This document shows positions 28,469 to 39,151 of a stretch of DNA of 64,000 nt, piece by piece (within the stretch, counting starts at the first letter, position 1; each line of letters starts with the position of its first letter). A program made the translations under genes and the position numbers. The notes beneath the pieces are model-generated. The model made no database searches, was not told the DNA's origin, and was given only the letters and a program-made list of their open reading frames with translations. Source of the stretch: an uncultured Microthrixaceae bacterium (GTDB taxonomy: Bacteria; Actinomycetota; Acidimicrobiia; Acidimicrobiales; CAVOFX01); NCBI GenBank assembly GCA_963695115.1, contig CAVOFX010000004.1, positions 436,833 through 500,832 of the forward strand, written 5' to 3'.

Positions 28469-30823
28469 TCAGTCGATCGCGAACCACGCGCGCACCTGGG
28501 TCTCGTGGTCGAGGTAGCGCTCACCGGAGACGTCGACGACGACCTTGTCGATGGTGCCGCCGGTGAACGGGAACGGTGACCGGTACTCGGGGGAGACGGC
28601 CGATGCGCTGTCGCGACCGACGCTGGTGCCGTCGCCGACCAGGTTGAAGGCCCCGGGTTGGGTGACGATCGCGCCGCTGCCCACGGCGTGGTCGTCGACG
28701 TAGAGCGTCAACGTCCCGGCGGTGCCGGGCATGGCCGGGTCGGAGCTGGGTCCGTCGGCGACGAACTCGGCGGTGCAGACATGTGGACCGGCTGCCAACG
28801 CCTCGGTGGCGACCACATCTTGGATGACGCTGCCGATCCAGTTGAAGGTGTAGCGCAGTACGTTGTCCTTGACGTAGAGGCTGTGCCCGCCCGGCGATCC
28901 GCCGGTCGCCCAGATGACGCCCTCGACCGCGGGGTCGTCGACGGTGAGTCCCGCAGCGATGGTGTACGAGCGGCCTGGGATCTGCGGCCCGGCCGGTTCG
29001 GGAACATCGGAGCAGTTCGGGTAGAAGGTGTAGTGGTCGCGGGGCGCAGCGGCGTGCGGGCGCTCGGCGAGGACCTGCTCGAGGGCGGAACGGTCGTCGA
29101 TGGGCAGGCCGTTGCACTTCCCGGCGTAGTAGAACCACAGGCTCTTGAGCAGCTCGAGGCGTTCGGGGTGCTCGGCGGCGACGTTGGTGCTCTGGGACCG
29201 GTCGGTCTCCAGGTGGTAGAGCTCCCACTCGTCGTGCTCGAAGCCCCCCCAGCCTGACAGCGGCGGGTGCACGGTGTTGGCGATCCAGCCGTCGTGGTAG
29301 ATCGAGCGCTGGCCGAGCATCGAGTAGAACTGCGACCTCCGTCCGGGCGCAGCCGGGTCGGTCAGCGCTGCTGCGAAGCTCTCACCTTCTATGGGCAGCT
29401 GCTGATAGCCCTTGAGCACCTCGGGCGGCTCGATCCCGAGCAGGTCGTAGAGGGTGGGCACGATGTCGACGGCGTGCAGGTACTGCTGGCGAGGGTTCTG
29501 GTCAGCGGGGATCTTGGCGGGCCAGGACACGATGCACATGTCGGCTACGCCGCCCTCGGCGCCGGCCCAGCGCTTCCAGTACGGGAACGGCGTGTCGAAG
29601 GCCCATGCCCAGCCGGTGTTGTAGTGGTTGTAGGCCGTCGGGGTGCCCAGCTCGTCGATGCGGTCGAGTATCTGGTCGGTCGTCTCCGCGATGCCGTTGA
29701 AGAACGACCACTCGTTGAACAAGCCGTTCGGGCCGCCCTCACCGCTGCCGCCGTTGTCGGATACGACGACGATGATGGTGTTGTCCAGCTGCTCCGACTC
29801 CTCGAGGTAGTCGAGTACCCGCCCCAGTCGATCGTCGTGGTAGGAGATGTAGCCGGCGAAGACCTCGGCCATCCGGCTGAACAGGCGCTTCTCCTCGTCG
29901 CTCAGCGTGTCCCACGGCCGCACCGTGTCGAGCATCGGCCAGGGCTGCCCATCCGGTCCGGTTCGGGCGCCGCCGCCGTGCGGGTTGATCGACGAGAGCT
30001 CTGTGCCCTCCGGCAGCAGGCCGAGCTCGATCTCGCGGGCGAGGATGCCGGCGCGGATGGCTTCGTACCCGTCGTCGAACACGCCCTTGTACTTGTCGGC
30101 CCACTCGACCGGTACCAGGTGAGGGGCGTGTCCGGCCTGCGGTGCGAAGTACATGAAGAAGGGCTTGTCGGGGTCGATGACCTTGGCGTCGCGGATGAAC
30201 TCGACGGCCTTGTCGGCGATGTCGTCGGCGAGGTGGTAGCCGTCTTCGGGCCGGCCCGGCGGCTCGATCGGGTGGTTGTCATGGACGAGATCGGGGTAGT
30301 AGCAGTTCGTCTCACCCCCCAACCAGCCGTAGAACCTCTCGAACCCGCGTCCCAGGGGCCACCGCCCCTTGTATGCGGCGAGGTTGCACTCCTCACCCGG
30401 CGTCAGGTGCCACTTCCCGATGCAGTACGTGTTGTAGCCGTGCTCGGTCAGTACCTCGGAGACGAAGCCGCTCTCGAACGGTATCCGTGTGGAGATCCCC
30501 GGGAAGCCGGCCGCCATCTCCGCGATGGTCGCCATACCGTTGGTGGTGGCGTTTCGGCCGGTGAGAAGTGACGCGCGTGTCGGAGAGCACAGCGCAGTGG
30601 TGTGGAAGTTCGCGAACTTCACACCCCGGTCCGCGATGCGGGCCATGTTCGGGCACTGGACGGGTCCGCCGAAGGTGTCCATCGTGGCGTAGCCCAGGTC
30701 GTCCCAGGCGATGACCAGCACGTTCGGCGCACGTTCGGGCGCTCTGGGTGCCAGGTACGGCTCCCAGTCCGGATCGGAGTCCCGGATGTCGAGTTCGATC
30801 CTGCCGTTGAACTGCTTCGACAT
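28469..30823 (-). CDS. Arylsulfatase (AtsA/AtsD-like, cytoplasmic)
   Basis: DDLG, CSPTRASLLTGR formylglycine motif, GKWH, SDNG and C-terminal LamG-like domain. Confidence 0.93.
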   Translation of the reverse strand: MSKQFNGRIELDIRDSDPDWEPYLAPRAPERAPNVLVIAWDDLGYATMDTFGGPVQCPNMARIADRGVKFANFHTTALCSPTRASLLTGRNATTNGMATIAEMAAGFPGISTRIPFESGFVSEVLTEHGYNTYCIGKWHLTPGEECNLAAYKGRWPLGRGFERFYGWLGGETNCYYPDLVHDNHPIEPPGRPEDGYHLADDIADKAVEFIRDAKVIDPDKPFFMYFAPQAGHAPHLVPVEWADKYKGVFDDGYEAIRAGILAREIELGLLPEGTELSSINPHGGGARTGPDGQPWPMLDTVRPWDTLSDEEKRLFSRMAEVFAGYISYHDDRLGRVLDYLEESEQLDNTIIVVVSDNGGSGEGGPNGLFNEWSFFNGIAETTDQILDRIDELGTPTAYNHYNTGWAWAFDTPFPYWKRWAGAEGGVADMCIVSWPAKIPADQNPRQQYLHAVDIVPTLYDLLGIEPPEVLKGYQQLPIEGESFAAALTDPAAPGRRSQFYSMLGQRSIYHDGWIANTVHPPLSGWGGFEHDEWELYHLETDRSQSTNVAAEHPERLELLKSLWFYYAGKCNGLPIDDRSALEQVLAERPHAAAPRDHYTFYPNCSDVPEPAGPQIPGRSYTIAAGLTVDDPAVEGVIWATGGSPGGHSLYVKDNVLRYTFNWIGSVIQDVVATEALAAGPHVCTAEFVADGPSSDPAMPGTAGTLTLYVDDHAVGSGAIVTQPGAFNLVGDGTSVGRDSASAVSPEYRSPFPFTGGTIDKVVVDVSGERYLDHETQVRAWFAID

Positions 30824-31136
30824 GAAGCTCCTTGTACTCGGGGGAGACGGCCCACCTCGAGATCCCTGGCCGATGCTGCAGAGAGCATCCCACAAACGAA
30901 ATCCATCTCCTGGCTCGGCATTTTCGAAGTCCCCCGGACGTGTACGGTCGCAGCCGCAGGCTCATCGACGAACTGGTCTGCGGGGCAGAGCAGGGAGTGC
31001 GGGATGAGACGACTCACCGGGCCAGGGGAGCAGAGGCGATGAGCGACGGCCGGAACAACCCGGTCAGTCCCCACCGACCCCGGGCCACGATCCTCGGCTG
31101 GCGCTGGACCTCGCCGACGGTGGAGCAGCTCGACCG

Positions 31137-32417
31137 ATGACCGTGGGTGCCGTCTCACTGGTCGCTCTGCTGGTGTTCGTCTGGGCGGTGACCTCCGGGG
31201 CGCTGGCGCGCCGGAACGTGACCGGTCCGATCGTCTTCGCGGTGGCCGGGTACCTGCTTGCCAACCCCACATGGGGACCCGTGCCGGTCGATGTCGAGGC
31301 CTCCTCGATCCATGTCTTCGCCGAGGTCACCCTCGCTCTGCTGTTGTTCACCGATGCCGCACGGGTGAACGTTCGGGAGCTGAAGGCCGACCCTGCGTTG
31401 CCGGTGCGGCTGCTCGGTGTCGGTCTTCCGCTCTCGGTCGCTGCGGGCACGGTGATCGCCGCGAGGGTGTTCGACCTGCCGTGGGGCCTCGCGCTGTTCC
31501 TGGGAGCGTCGCTGGCACCCACCGATGCTGCGTTGAGCGTGCAGGTCATCAACGACGAGCGCATCCCGATGCGCCTCCGCCGGTCGCTCAACGTGGAGAG
31601 CGGCCTCAACGACGGCATCGTGACTCCGATCGTCACCATCGCCCTGGCGGTCGCGGCGAGCCAGCTCGGCCAGACCGGGGAGACCGTGTCGATCGAGTTC
31701 GGGACTGCACTTCGCGAGCTCGGGATCGGCCTCATGGTCGGCCTCGTGCTCGGTGCGGTCGGCGCACTGGTCCTGAACCGAGCGTCGCAGCGGGGCTGGA
31801 TCGCGCCCGGAGGCCGCCGCCTCGCCGCGCTCGCGCTGGCCGCGAGCTCGCTGGCGGTGACGCTCGCCTGCGACGGCAACGGCTTCATCGCTGCGTTCGT
31901 GGCGGGCATCGCGTTCGGTGCGCTGGCCGACAGTGACTCGCTCGATGTCGAACGGGCCAATGAGCTCACCGAGCTCGGCGGCGAGCTCCTCGGCCTCGTG
32001 GTGTGGTTCCTGTTCGGGGCGAGCCTGCTGCCCATGGCGTTCGAGCATCTCGACCGCTCCGTCATGGTGTACGCACTGCTCAGCCTCACCGTCGTCCGGA
32101 TGCTGCCGGTCGCGCTGAGCATGCTCGGAGTGGGGCTCGACCGGGCCACGGCCGTGTTCCTCGCCTGGTTCGGACCGCGGGGACTGGCATCGGTGGTGTT
32201 CGCGCTGCTGGCGATCGAGGAGCTCGGTGAGTCCGAGCCGGCTGCCGACGTCGCCGTGGCCACTGTGGCGCTCACCGTCGCGGCCAGCATCCTCCTGCAC
32301 GGGCTCAGCGCCGGTCCGGGTGGGCGGACCTATGTCCAGCACGAGCATGTCGGCCACATCGCCGGCCCTCGCGCTCGACAGCCGGTCCTGACCCGCCACC
32401 GTGACGAGACCGGGTGA
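31137..32417 (+). CDS. Cation:proton antiporter (CPA1/NhaP-like)
   Basis: LAPTDAAL, ESGLNDG and WFGPRGLAS. Many TM helices. Confidence 0.9.
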   Translation: MTVGAVSLVALLVFVWAVTSGALARRNVTGPIVFAVAGYLLANPTWGPVPVDVEASSIHVFAEVTLALLLFTDAARVNVRELKADPALPVRLLGVGLPLSVAAGTVIAARVFDLPWGLALFLGASLAPTDAALSVQVINDERIPMRLRRSLNVESGLNDGIVTPIVTIALAVAASQLGQTGETVSIEFGTALRELGIGLMVGLVLGAVGALVLNRASQRGWIAPGGRRLAALALAASSLAVTLACDGNGFIAAFVAGIAFGALADSDSLDVERANELTELGGELLGLVVWFLFGASLLPMAFEHLDRSVMVYALLSLTVVRMLPVALSMLGVGLDRATAVFLAWFGPRGLASVVFALLAIEELGESEPAADVAVATVALTVAASILLHGLSAGPGGRTYVQHEHVGHIAGPRARQPVLTRHRDETG

Positions 32418-32626
32418 CCTGCCAGGTGATGGGGTGACCGACTGTCGGCGGCATGAGATCCTCCCCGTGGGTGGCCGGTAGGAGTACCCAGGGACGGTTC
32501 GAGCCCGAGCTCGACTCGGTGTCGTCCATCAGCCCCGGATCTCTCCGACGCGATGTGCAACTGCCCGGGCATCATCGAGGACCCACGGCCCGGACCGCTC
32601 GGCTGACCGGCCGGGGCCGGCGGGTC

Positions 32627-33064
32627 TCAGGCTCCCCGGATCAGGGCGAAGCCCTGGTCGTGGAAGTCATCGTCGAAGGCGAACGCGGTGTCGATGGCGT
32701 GGCGGCGCATGACGACGAACGACGTCCAGTCCACGAGGCTCACACCACGGCGATCCGCGGCGAGCAGCGCGGTGGTGGCCTCGTCGTGGAGCGCAGCGTC
32801 GACCCAGACGATCTCCAGCAGCGGGAGGACGTCGTCGACGACCGCGCGCACCGCTGCCATTCCGAGGCGGTGCTGGACGATGGCGACGACCTCGACGACC
32901 ACCGAGCTGTGGGTGACGACCGCCGCCTCGTCCCGGTCGATCGAGTCGAGCAGGGTGCCCAGGATCTGCGCCGCCTCTGGATGGTTGGTGTCGTCGGCAT
33001 CGAGGGCGGCATACAGGCCCGAGGTGTCGACGAAGACGGTGGACGGGATCGCCGCGGTGCTCAC
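32627..33064 (-). CDS. vapC: PIN domain toxin
   Basis: FVDTSG, VVVE, SLVDWTSF and AFAFDDDF. Confidence 0.9.
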   Translation of the reverse strand: MSTAAIPSTVFVDTSGLYAALDADDTNHPEAAQILGTLLDSIDRDEAAVVTHSSVVVEVVAIVQHRLGMAAVRAVVDDVLPLLEIVWVDAALHDEATTALLAADRRGVSLVDWTSFVVMRRHAIDTAFAFDDDFHDQGFALIRGA

Positions 33065-33300
33065 GGGGAGATGGTGTCGGCGAACGCCGCGTCGTGGTGC
33101 TCGCTGGTGTCGTCGCGCCCCGAGTGGAAGGCCCCGATCGCCTGACGCGCCCGGGCGGCCCGGCGTCGGCGAGCATCCTCGGCCAAGAGGGCATCCAGCG
33201 CGTCTCGGATGAGCGCCGCTTGGGACCGCCTCCGCAACCCGGCCAGCCGCCTGAGGCCGTCGGCCTGCTCCTCGGTCATCGATATCTGGGTGCGGATCAC
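33061..33300 (-). CDS. vapB: RHH/CopG antitoxin
   Basis: MIRTQISMTEEQ...SQAALIRDALD...SEHHD. Overlaps vapC. Confidence 0.88.
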   Translation of the reverse strand: MIRTQISMTEEQADGLRRLAGLRRRSQAALIRDALDALLAEDARRRRAARARQAIGAFHSGRDDTSEHHDAAFADTISP

Positions 33301-33339
33301 CCCAGCATGATAACAGTCAGCGCACTCATGATGGCATCA
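33301..33339 (-). promoter_or_regulatory. vapBC leaderless promoter/operator
   Basis: TATCAT-N6-GTG on the minus strand. CATGAT repeats 21 bp apart and a TGATGGCATCA dyad. Confidence 0.55.
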
Positions 33340-33483
33340 CCGCCCCCAGAGGGTCCTGGGGTGCTGCTGCGGGTTCGCGGCCCTGTTCGGCGCGGTCCTC
33401 CGGCGGTCGTCGCTCGCTCGGCGCCGGCGCCGAACCTACGGTGGTGGATCCGATCGGCGTGATCGAACCAGGTGGAGGAAGCC

Positions 33484-36277
33484 GTGACCCCCGAAGTGCC
33501 AGCGTCCGACGATCTGCGGGCCCACGAGGACCGCTACCGCGACCGGACGGCCTTCGATTCGGTGGCATGGGGTTCGCACTGCGTCGACTGCTTCCCCTCC
33601 AACTGCCGCTACCGCGTGTTCGTCCGCGACGGCAAGGTGCGTGCGCGAGGAGATCGCGGGACCCCACCCGGACCGGGTCGAGCCCGGTGGCGCGTTCCCC
33701 GACGTCTACCCGCAGGGGTGCAACAAGGGCGCGGCGTGGAGCAAGCAGCTCGACGCCGGTGACCGGCTCCTGCACCCGTTGCGCCGGGTCGGGGAGCGGG
33801 GGTCGGGCAGCTGGGAGCGCATCAGCTGGGACGAGGCGCTCGACGCCGTCGCCGACGGGCTCATCGACGCCATCGACGAGCACGGGTCGTCGTCGATCCT
33901 GCGCGAGGGCACCCCCGAGATCGTGGGGAGCGTGGGCATCGAGCGCCTGATGGGCCTGATCGGGGCCACGACCACCGACCTGAACGCCTCGATCAGCGAC
34001 TTCGCGCCCGGCATCCACCTCACGATGGGCAAGTCGTTCCTGTGGCCCGACGAGCCGTCCGCCTTCGAGTCCGAGCTGGTGCTGTTCTGGCACACCAACC
34101 CCGTGTACACGTTCATGACCTTCTACCACTACTTCGTGGAGGCCCGGTACCGGGGGGCCGAGCTGGTGCTCATCAGCCCCGACGTGAGCCCCAGCCACAC
34201 CCACGTCGACTACCACCTGCCGGTCGCACCGGGCAGCGACGCCGCGCTCACCCTCGCCATGTGCCAGGTGATCGTGGCCGAGGGCCTGGTCGACGAGCCG
34301 TTCGTGCCCTCCCAGACCGACCTGTCGCTGCTGGTGCGCAGCGACACCCAGCGGTTCCTGCGGGCCAGCGACCTGGATCCTGCCGGCCGTGACGACCAGT
34401 TCTTCCACCTCGACGACGACGGCGAGCTGGTCGAGGCCAGCCGGGCGACCCTGCTGCCCGACGGCTACGTCCCGCGACTCGACGGCGAGGCCGAGGTCAC
34501 CCTGGCCGACGGGACTGCGGTGCGGGTCCGCCCGCTCATGGCCCGCCTGACCGAGCACCTCGGCGCCTACCGACCCGAGGACGTGGTGGAGACCACCGGC
34601 ATCGCCGCCGAGACGATCCGGACGCTGGCCCGCAAGGTCGCCACGCGCCGCACCAAGATCTGGATGGGGATGTCGGCCAACAAGGCCTACCACTCCGACC
34701 TCTACCAGCGTTCGATGCTGCTGCTGCTGGCCCTGACCGGCAACTGGGGCCGACCCGGCGCCGGCTACAACAACTGGGCCAGCGGTCAGATCGACGGATG
34801 GTCGATCCAGGGCGCCAAGAGCCGCCCGGGGGTCGAGGGGGCCGAGGAGGTGCTCGCCCTGCTCGACGGGGCCGAGGAGATGTTCCTGGCCTCTGACCCG
34901 GCCATGACCGCCGAGCAGGCGGCCTTCGACACCATGCGGCTCTCGGCGCGCATGGGCATGCCCCTTGCCGTCCCCCCGCCTTCATCTGGTACTGGCACGC
35001 GGGGTTCCGCGAGCTGCTGGAACCGGCCGGGCTACGGCGACCCGGCGATGGACCGGAGCTTCGACGACTACCTCGCCGACGCCCTGGCGGAGGGGTGGTG
35101 GGACCACGTGCTGCCCAACGGGCCCGACTCACCGCCCCGGGTGCTCATCGAGTGCGGCGGCAACATCGTGCGGCGCACCCGCGGCGGGCGCAACACCGTG
35201 CTCGAGCACCTGTGGCCCAAGCTCGACCTCGTGGTCACCGTCGACGTGCGGATGTCGAGCACCGCGCTGTGGTCCGACATCGTTCTGCCCGCGGCCCAGC
35301 ACTACGAGAAGGTCGGCCTCGACATCCCCCTGTTCCACCTCACCATGACCGACGAGGCCGTCCCCCCGGCGGGCGAGTCCCGCCCGGAGTGGGAGATCTT
35401 CGCCGACCTGGCCCGGGCCCTGGCCCGGCGGGCCGCCGACCGGGGGGTGGAGTCGTTCACCCTGCCCACCGGCGCCGAGCGGTCCTTCGCCGACCTGCCC
35501 GACCTGTTCACCGTCGGGGGCGCCTTCGAGACCAACGAGCAGGTCCACGACGAGATCGTGCGTGACACCGCGTACGCCGGGCTGCATCGACCCGGACACC
35601 GACCTGGGCACCCTGCGCGAGCACGGCCAGGTCCGCTTCCGGCAGTGGGGCCGCACCTTCATGGGCAAGGCCCACGCCTGCGACTGGCCCGAGGAGGACG
35701 AGATCGCCAACCCGCTCGAGCACCACGTGCGCGACGGCGCAGCCCTACCCCACGCTCACCCGCCGGGCCCAGTTCCTCATCGAGCATCCCTGGTTCGTCG
35801 AGGTGGGCGAGGACCTCCCGGTGCACAAGGACATGCCCACCATGGGCGGCGACCACACCCACATCCTGTCCTCGGGGCACAACCGCTGGTCGGTGCACGC
35901 CATGAACATGGGCAACCCGCTGCTGCTGCGAGACCCACCGGGGCGAGCCGCACGTGGTCGTCCATCCCGACGACGCCGCGGCAGCCGGCATCGCCGACCA
36001 CGCCCCGGTGCGGGTGTCCAACGACGTGGGTGCCTTCGTGGTGCGGGCCAAGCTCTCGCCGGCCCAGCGGCCCGGGTCGGTGACCGTCTACAACGGCTGG
36101 GACCCGCACATGTTCGCCGACTGGGGTGGCCCCAACGACGTGAGCCCGGGGATGGTCAAGCACCTCAACCTGGCCGGCGGCTACGGCCACGTCGACCACG
36201 CGCCGCTGGGCTGGCAGCCCGTGCCGGTCGACCGCGGGGTGCGGGTCAGCCTCGAGCCGGCCCCGGACGGGTCGTGA
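33484..36277 (+). CDS. Molybdopterin oxidoreductase alpha subunit, DMSO reductase type II (EBDH/S25DH/NarG-like), frameshifted
   Basis: HCVDCFPSNC...GCNKG FS0 motif, ISWDEALD, ISDF (putative Asp ligand), SDIVLPAAQHYEK, RWSVH and HPDDA domain IV. Confidence 0.88.
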
Positions 36278-36326
36278 CCTGGGGACGACCCGGCCACCCC
36301 GCCGTGGAGGGCGAGAACCGCGCCGG

Positions 36327-36716
36327 CTAGGCGCGAGTGGCTGCTCTCGCAGCGCGGATCATCACGAACTGCATCGGCAGACGGGCGAACAGCACCCAGC
36401 GCGGGATCTTCGGTGCGCCGGGGATCTGGACGTTGCGCACCGCCTGGTTGATGTTCGCCGGGTACACGGCGAGCAGGAGGCCGATGGTGAACCAGCGGGT
36501 CGTCCGGTTCGGCCTCGTTGCCAGCGCCGCGGCGGCTGCCAGCTCGGCGACACCCGAGGCGTGCACCAGGAACCGCTTGTTCGGCAGCGACTCGGGGACG
36601 ATCGCCTCGAAGCCCTCCGGGCGCACGAAGTGGGCGACGCCCACACCGGTGAACATCGCGATCAGCCCCGCTCTTGCGAGGTTGTTCGGAGCCTCGCGGT
36701 TGTGGGAGTCAGGCAC
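36327..36716 (-). CDS. DoxX-like membrane protein
   Basis: GVAHF...SGVAE...YPANI...RLPMQ pattern. Confidence 0.75.
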   Translation of the reverse strand: MPDSHNREAPNNLARAGLIAMFTGVGVAHFVRPEGFEAIVPESLPNKRFLVHASGVAELAAAAALATRPNRTTRWFTIGLLLAVYPANINQAVRNVQIPGAPKIPRWVLFARLPMQFVMIRAARAATRA

Positions 36717-36787
36717 TCGGGCACCCTACAACTCAGCGATCCCATCTCCTCTCGGGGTGTCGGTGGTGCGGGCGGTATCTTCCCCCC

Positions 36788-37801
36788 ATGCCATCCGACG
36801 CGAACGCACACGAGCCGGCATCGGATCGCCTCACGCTGGCGGGATCGGAGGTCACCATCCCGCTTCTGGGCGTGGGCACCTGGGCCTGGGGAGACCGCGC
36901 CACGTGGGGCATGGGCGGCTACGACGCCGGCTTCACCCTGGACTCGATCACCGAGGCCTGGGAGGCGAGCATCGATGCCGGGGTCACCTTCTTCGACACC
37001 GCGGAGATGTACGGGAGGGGCGAGAGCGAGCGCATCATCGGCAGGCTCCTTGCCGACTGTGACCCTTCCAGCCGGGACCGCATCGCCATAGCCACCAAGT
37101 TCATGCCCATGCCCTGGAAGGTGCGGATCACGACAGAGCTGATGGCTTCGCTGCGAGCCAGCCTCGACCGACTGGGCATGCCCGCCGTCGACCTGTACCA
37201 GATCCACGGGCCGATCAGCCTGCGCGGCCACGCGGCCATGGCCGAGGCGCTGGCGACCGCCCACCAGGCCGGACTGGTGAGGGCCGTGGGGGTGTCCAAC
37301 TACTCGGCCCGCGAGACCCGGGCCATGGACGAGCAGCTGCGCCGCCGCGGACTGCGCCTGGCGACCAACCAGGTGGAGTGCTCGCTGCTGCGCCGCAGAC
37401 CCGAGACCGGCGGCCTGCTGGCCACCTGCGCCGAGCTGGGCGTGGTCGTGCTCGCGTACTCGCCGCTGGGCCAGGGTCGACTCACCGGCAAGTACTCCGC
37501 GGAGACCCCGCCGCCGGGAAGACGCAACTTCTCGGCGTACCCGATGGACCGCGTGGAGGAGGTGGTGGCAGCGGCCCGACGCATCGGCGACGCCCACGAG
37601 CGCACCCCCGCCCAGGTCGCGCTGAACTGGCTCATCGCCAAGGGCACCGTCCCCATCCCGGGTGCCAAGAACCGCGACCAGGCCGTCGCCAACGCGGGTG
37701 CCCTGGGCTGGTCGCTCAGCGCCGAGGAGGTGGCGGCGCTCGACGCAGTCGCCCTCGACCACAAGGGCGGCTTCCAGTCGCTGTTCTGGCAGCACGGCTG
37801 A
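36788..37801 (+). CDS. Aldo/keto reductase
   Basis: GVGTWAWG, DTAEMYG, ATK, DLYQIH, GVSNY, AYSPL and IPGAK. Confidence 0.93.
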   Translation: MPSDANAHEPASDRLTLAGSEVTIPLLGVGTWAWGDRATWGMGGYDAGFTLDSITEAWEASIDAGVTFFDTAEMYGRGESERIIGRLLADCDPSSRDRIAIATKFMPMPWKVRITTELMASLRASLDRLGMPAVDLYQIHGPISLRGHAAMAEALATAHQAGLVRAVGVSNYSARETRAMDEQLRRRGLRLATNQVECSLLRRRPETGGLLATCAELGVVVLAYSPLGQGRLTGKYSAETPPPGRRNFSAYPMDRVEEVVAAARRIGDAHERTPAQVALNWLIAKGTVPIPGAKNRDQAVANAGALGWSLSAEEVAALDAVALDHKGGFQSLFWQHG

Positions 37802-37921
37802 CGGCGTGGCGGAGCTGCGCGGGCGCTCGATCCTTCGTGGCCGGCCTGTGCACCACCTCTCTCGATCAGGGGGCATGGCTACTCTGGCAGCTGTCCTGTC
37901 CATGGAGCTCCAGGAGGGCCC

Positions 37922-39124
37922 GTGAGCCAGCCCGACATCGACTTCGGTCCCACCGCCCGAGAGGTGGCTGCGGAGGCCAGGGCCTGGCTGGACGAGCACG
38001 CGCACGCGGGGCGAGGGTTCGAAGGCGAGGGAGGCATCGTGCCCAGGGGGGAGTGGATCGACCTCCTGCGCCAGCACCGCTGGCTCTGCCTCAACTGGCC
38101 CGAAGAGGTCGGCGGTCGCGGGCTCACTGGCCTGGAGGCGGCCGCGGTGGACGCGGAGTTCACCAGAGCTGGTCTCCTGCGCCCCACCTTGGGCATGGGG
38201 GAGAAGCTGGTCGGGCCCGCCGTCATCGTGCACGGCACCGAGGAGCAGAAGCGCCGCTTCCTTCCCAGGATCCTCGATGGCACCGATCGGTACTGCCAGG
38301 GGTTCTCCGAACCCGACGCAGGGTCCGACCTGGCCAACGTGCAGACCAGGGGTGTCATCGAGGGCGACGAGGTGGTGATCACCGGACAGAAGCTGTGGAC
38401 CTCCTGGTACTGGGACGCCACGATGTGCTTCGCCCTGATCCGCACCGATCCCGACGCCGGGAAGCACGAGGGGATCTCGTATGTGCTGGTGCCCCTGGAT
38501 CGCGACGAGCAGTTCAGTCCCCGCAACGGTGTCGAGGTGCGGCCGCTGCGCGACATCGGCGGGAGCTCCCACTTCGCCGAGACGTTCTTCGACGGTGCCC
38601 GGGCTCCCCTGTTCAACTTGATCGGCGGCCTGGGCAACGGCTGGCGCGTCTCGAAGACCACTCTCGGCAGCGAGCGAGGAGGGTCGGTGGCGACGGCACA
38701 CGTGCCGCACGATCGGTCACTCCAACGCCTGATCTCCGAGGCACGCGAGCGGGGTGCGAGCAAGGACCCGGCAATCCGGCAGCGGCTGGCCAGTGCCCAC
38801 ATCAGGGTCCAGCTGATCCGCTACAACGGCCTGCGCACCCTGGCCAACCTCATCGGGGCAGAGGATCCCGGTCCCCAGGCCTCGGTCGCCAAGCTGCTGT
38901 GGTCCGAGCACCATCGCGAGTTCGGCCAGCTCGCCATGGACGTCCTCGGTGCCGAGGCACTGGTCACCTCCGACGCCGCGCCGGGCGAGTACCTGCCCAG
39001 CCTCTGGCAGGCCGACTTCCTGGGCAGCCGCGCCTCGACCATCTGGGGCGGTACCTCCGAGATCCAGCGGAAGATCGTCGCGGAGCGGGTTCTCGGTCTT
39101 CCCCCGGAGCCCCGCGCCCGGTGA
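37922..39124 (+). CDS. Acyl-CoA dehydrogenase
   Basis: CQGFSEPDAGSDLA, GQKLWTS and IWGGTSEIQR. Confidence 0.93.
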   Translation: MSQPDIDFGPTAREVAAEARAWLDEHAHAGRGFEGEGGIVPRGEWIDLLRQHRWLCLNWPEEVGGRGLTGLEAAAVDAEFTRAGLLRPTLGMGEKLVGPAVIVHGTEEQKRRFLPRILDGTDRYCQGFSEPDAGSDLANVQTRGVIEGDEVVITGQKLWTSWYWDATMCFALIRTDPDAGKHEGISYVLVPLDRDEQFSPRNGVEVRPLRDIGGSSHFAETFFDGARAPLFNLIGGLGNGWRVSKTTLGSERGGSVATAHVPHDRSLQRLISEARERGASKDPAIRQRLASAHIRVQLIRYNGLRTLANLIGAEDPGPQASVAKLLWSEHHREFGQLAMDVLGAEALVTSDAAPGEYLPSLWQADFLGSRASTIWGGTSEIQRKIVAERVLGLPPEPRAR

Positions 39125-39151
39125 CGGGCCGTCCGGGGGGAACCGCTCCGC

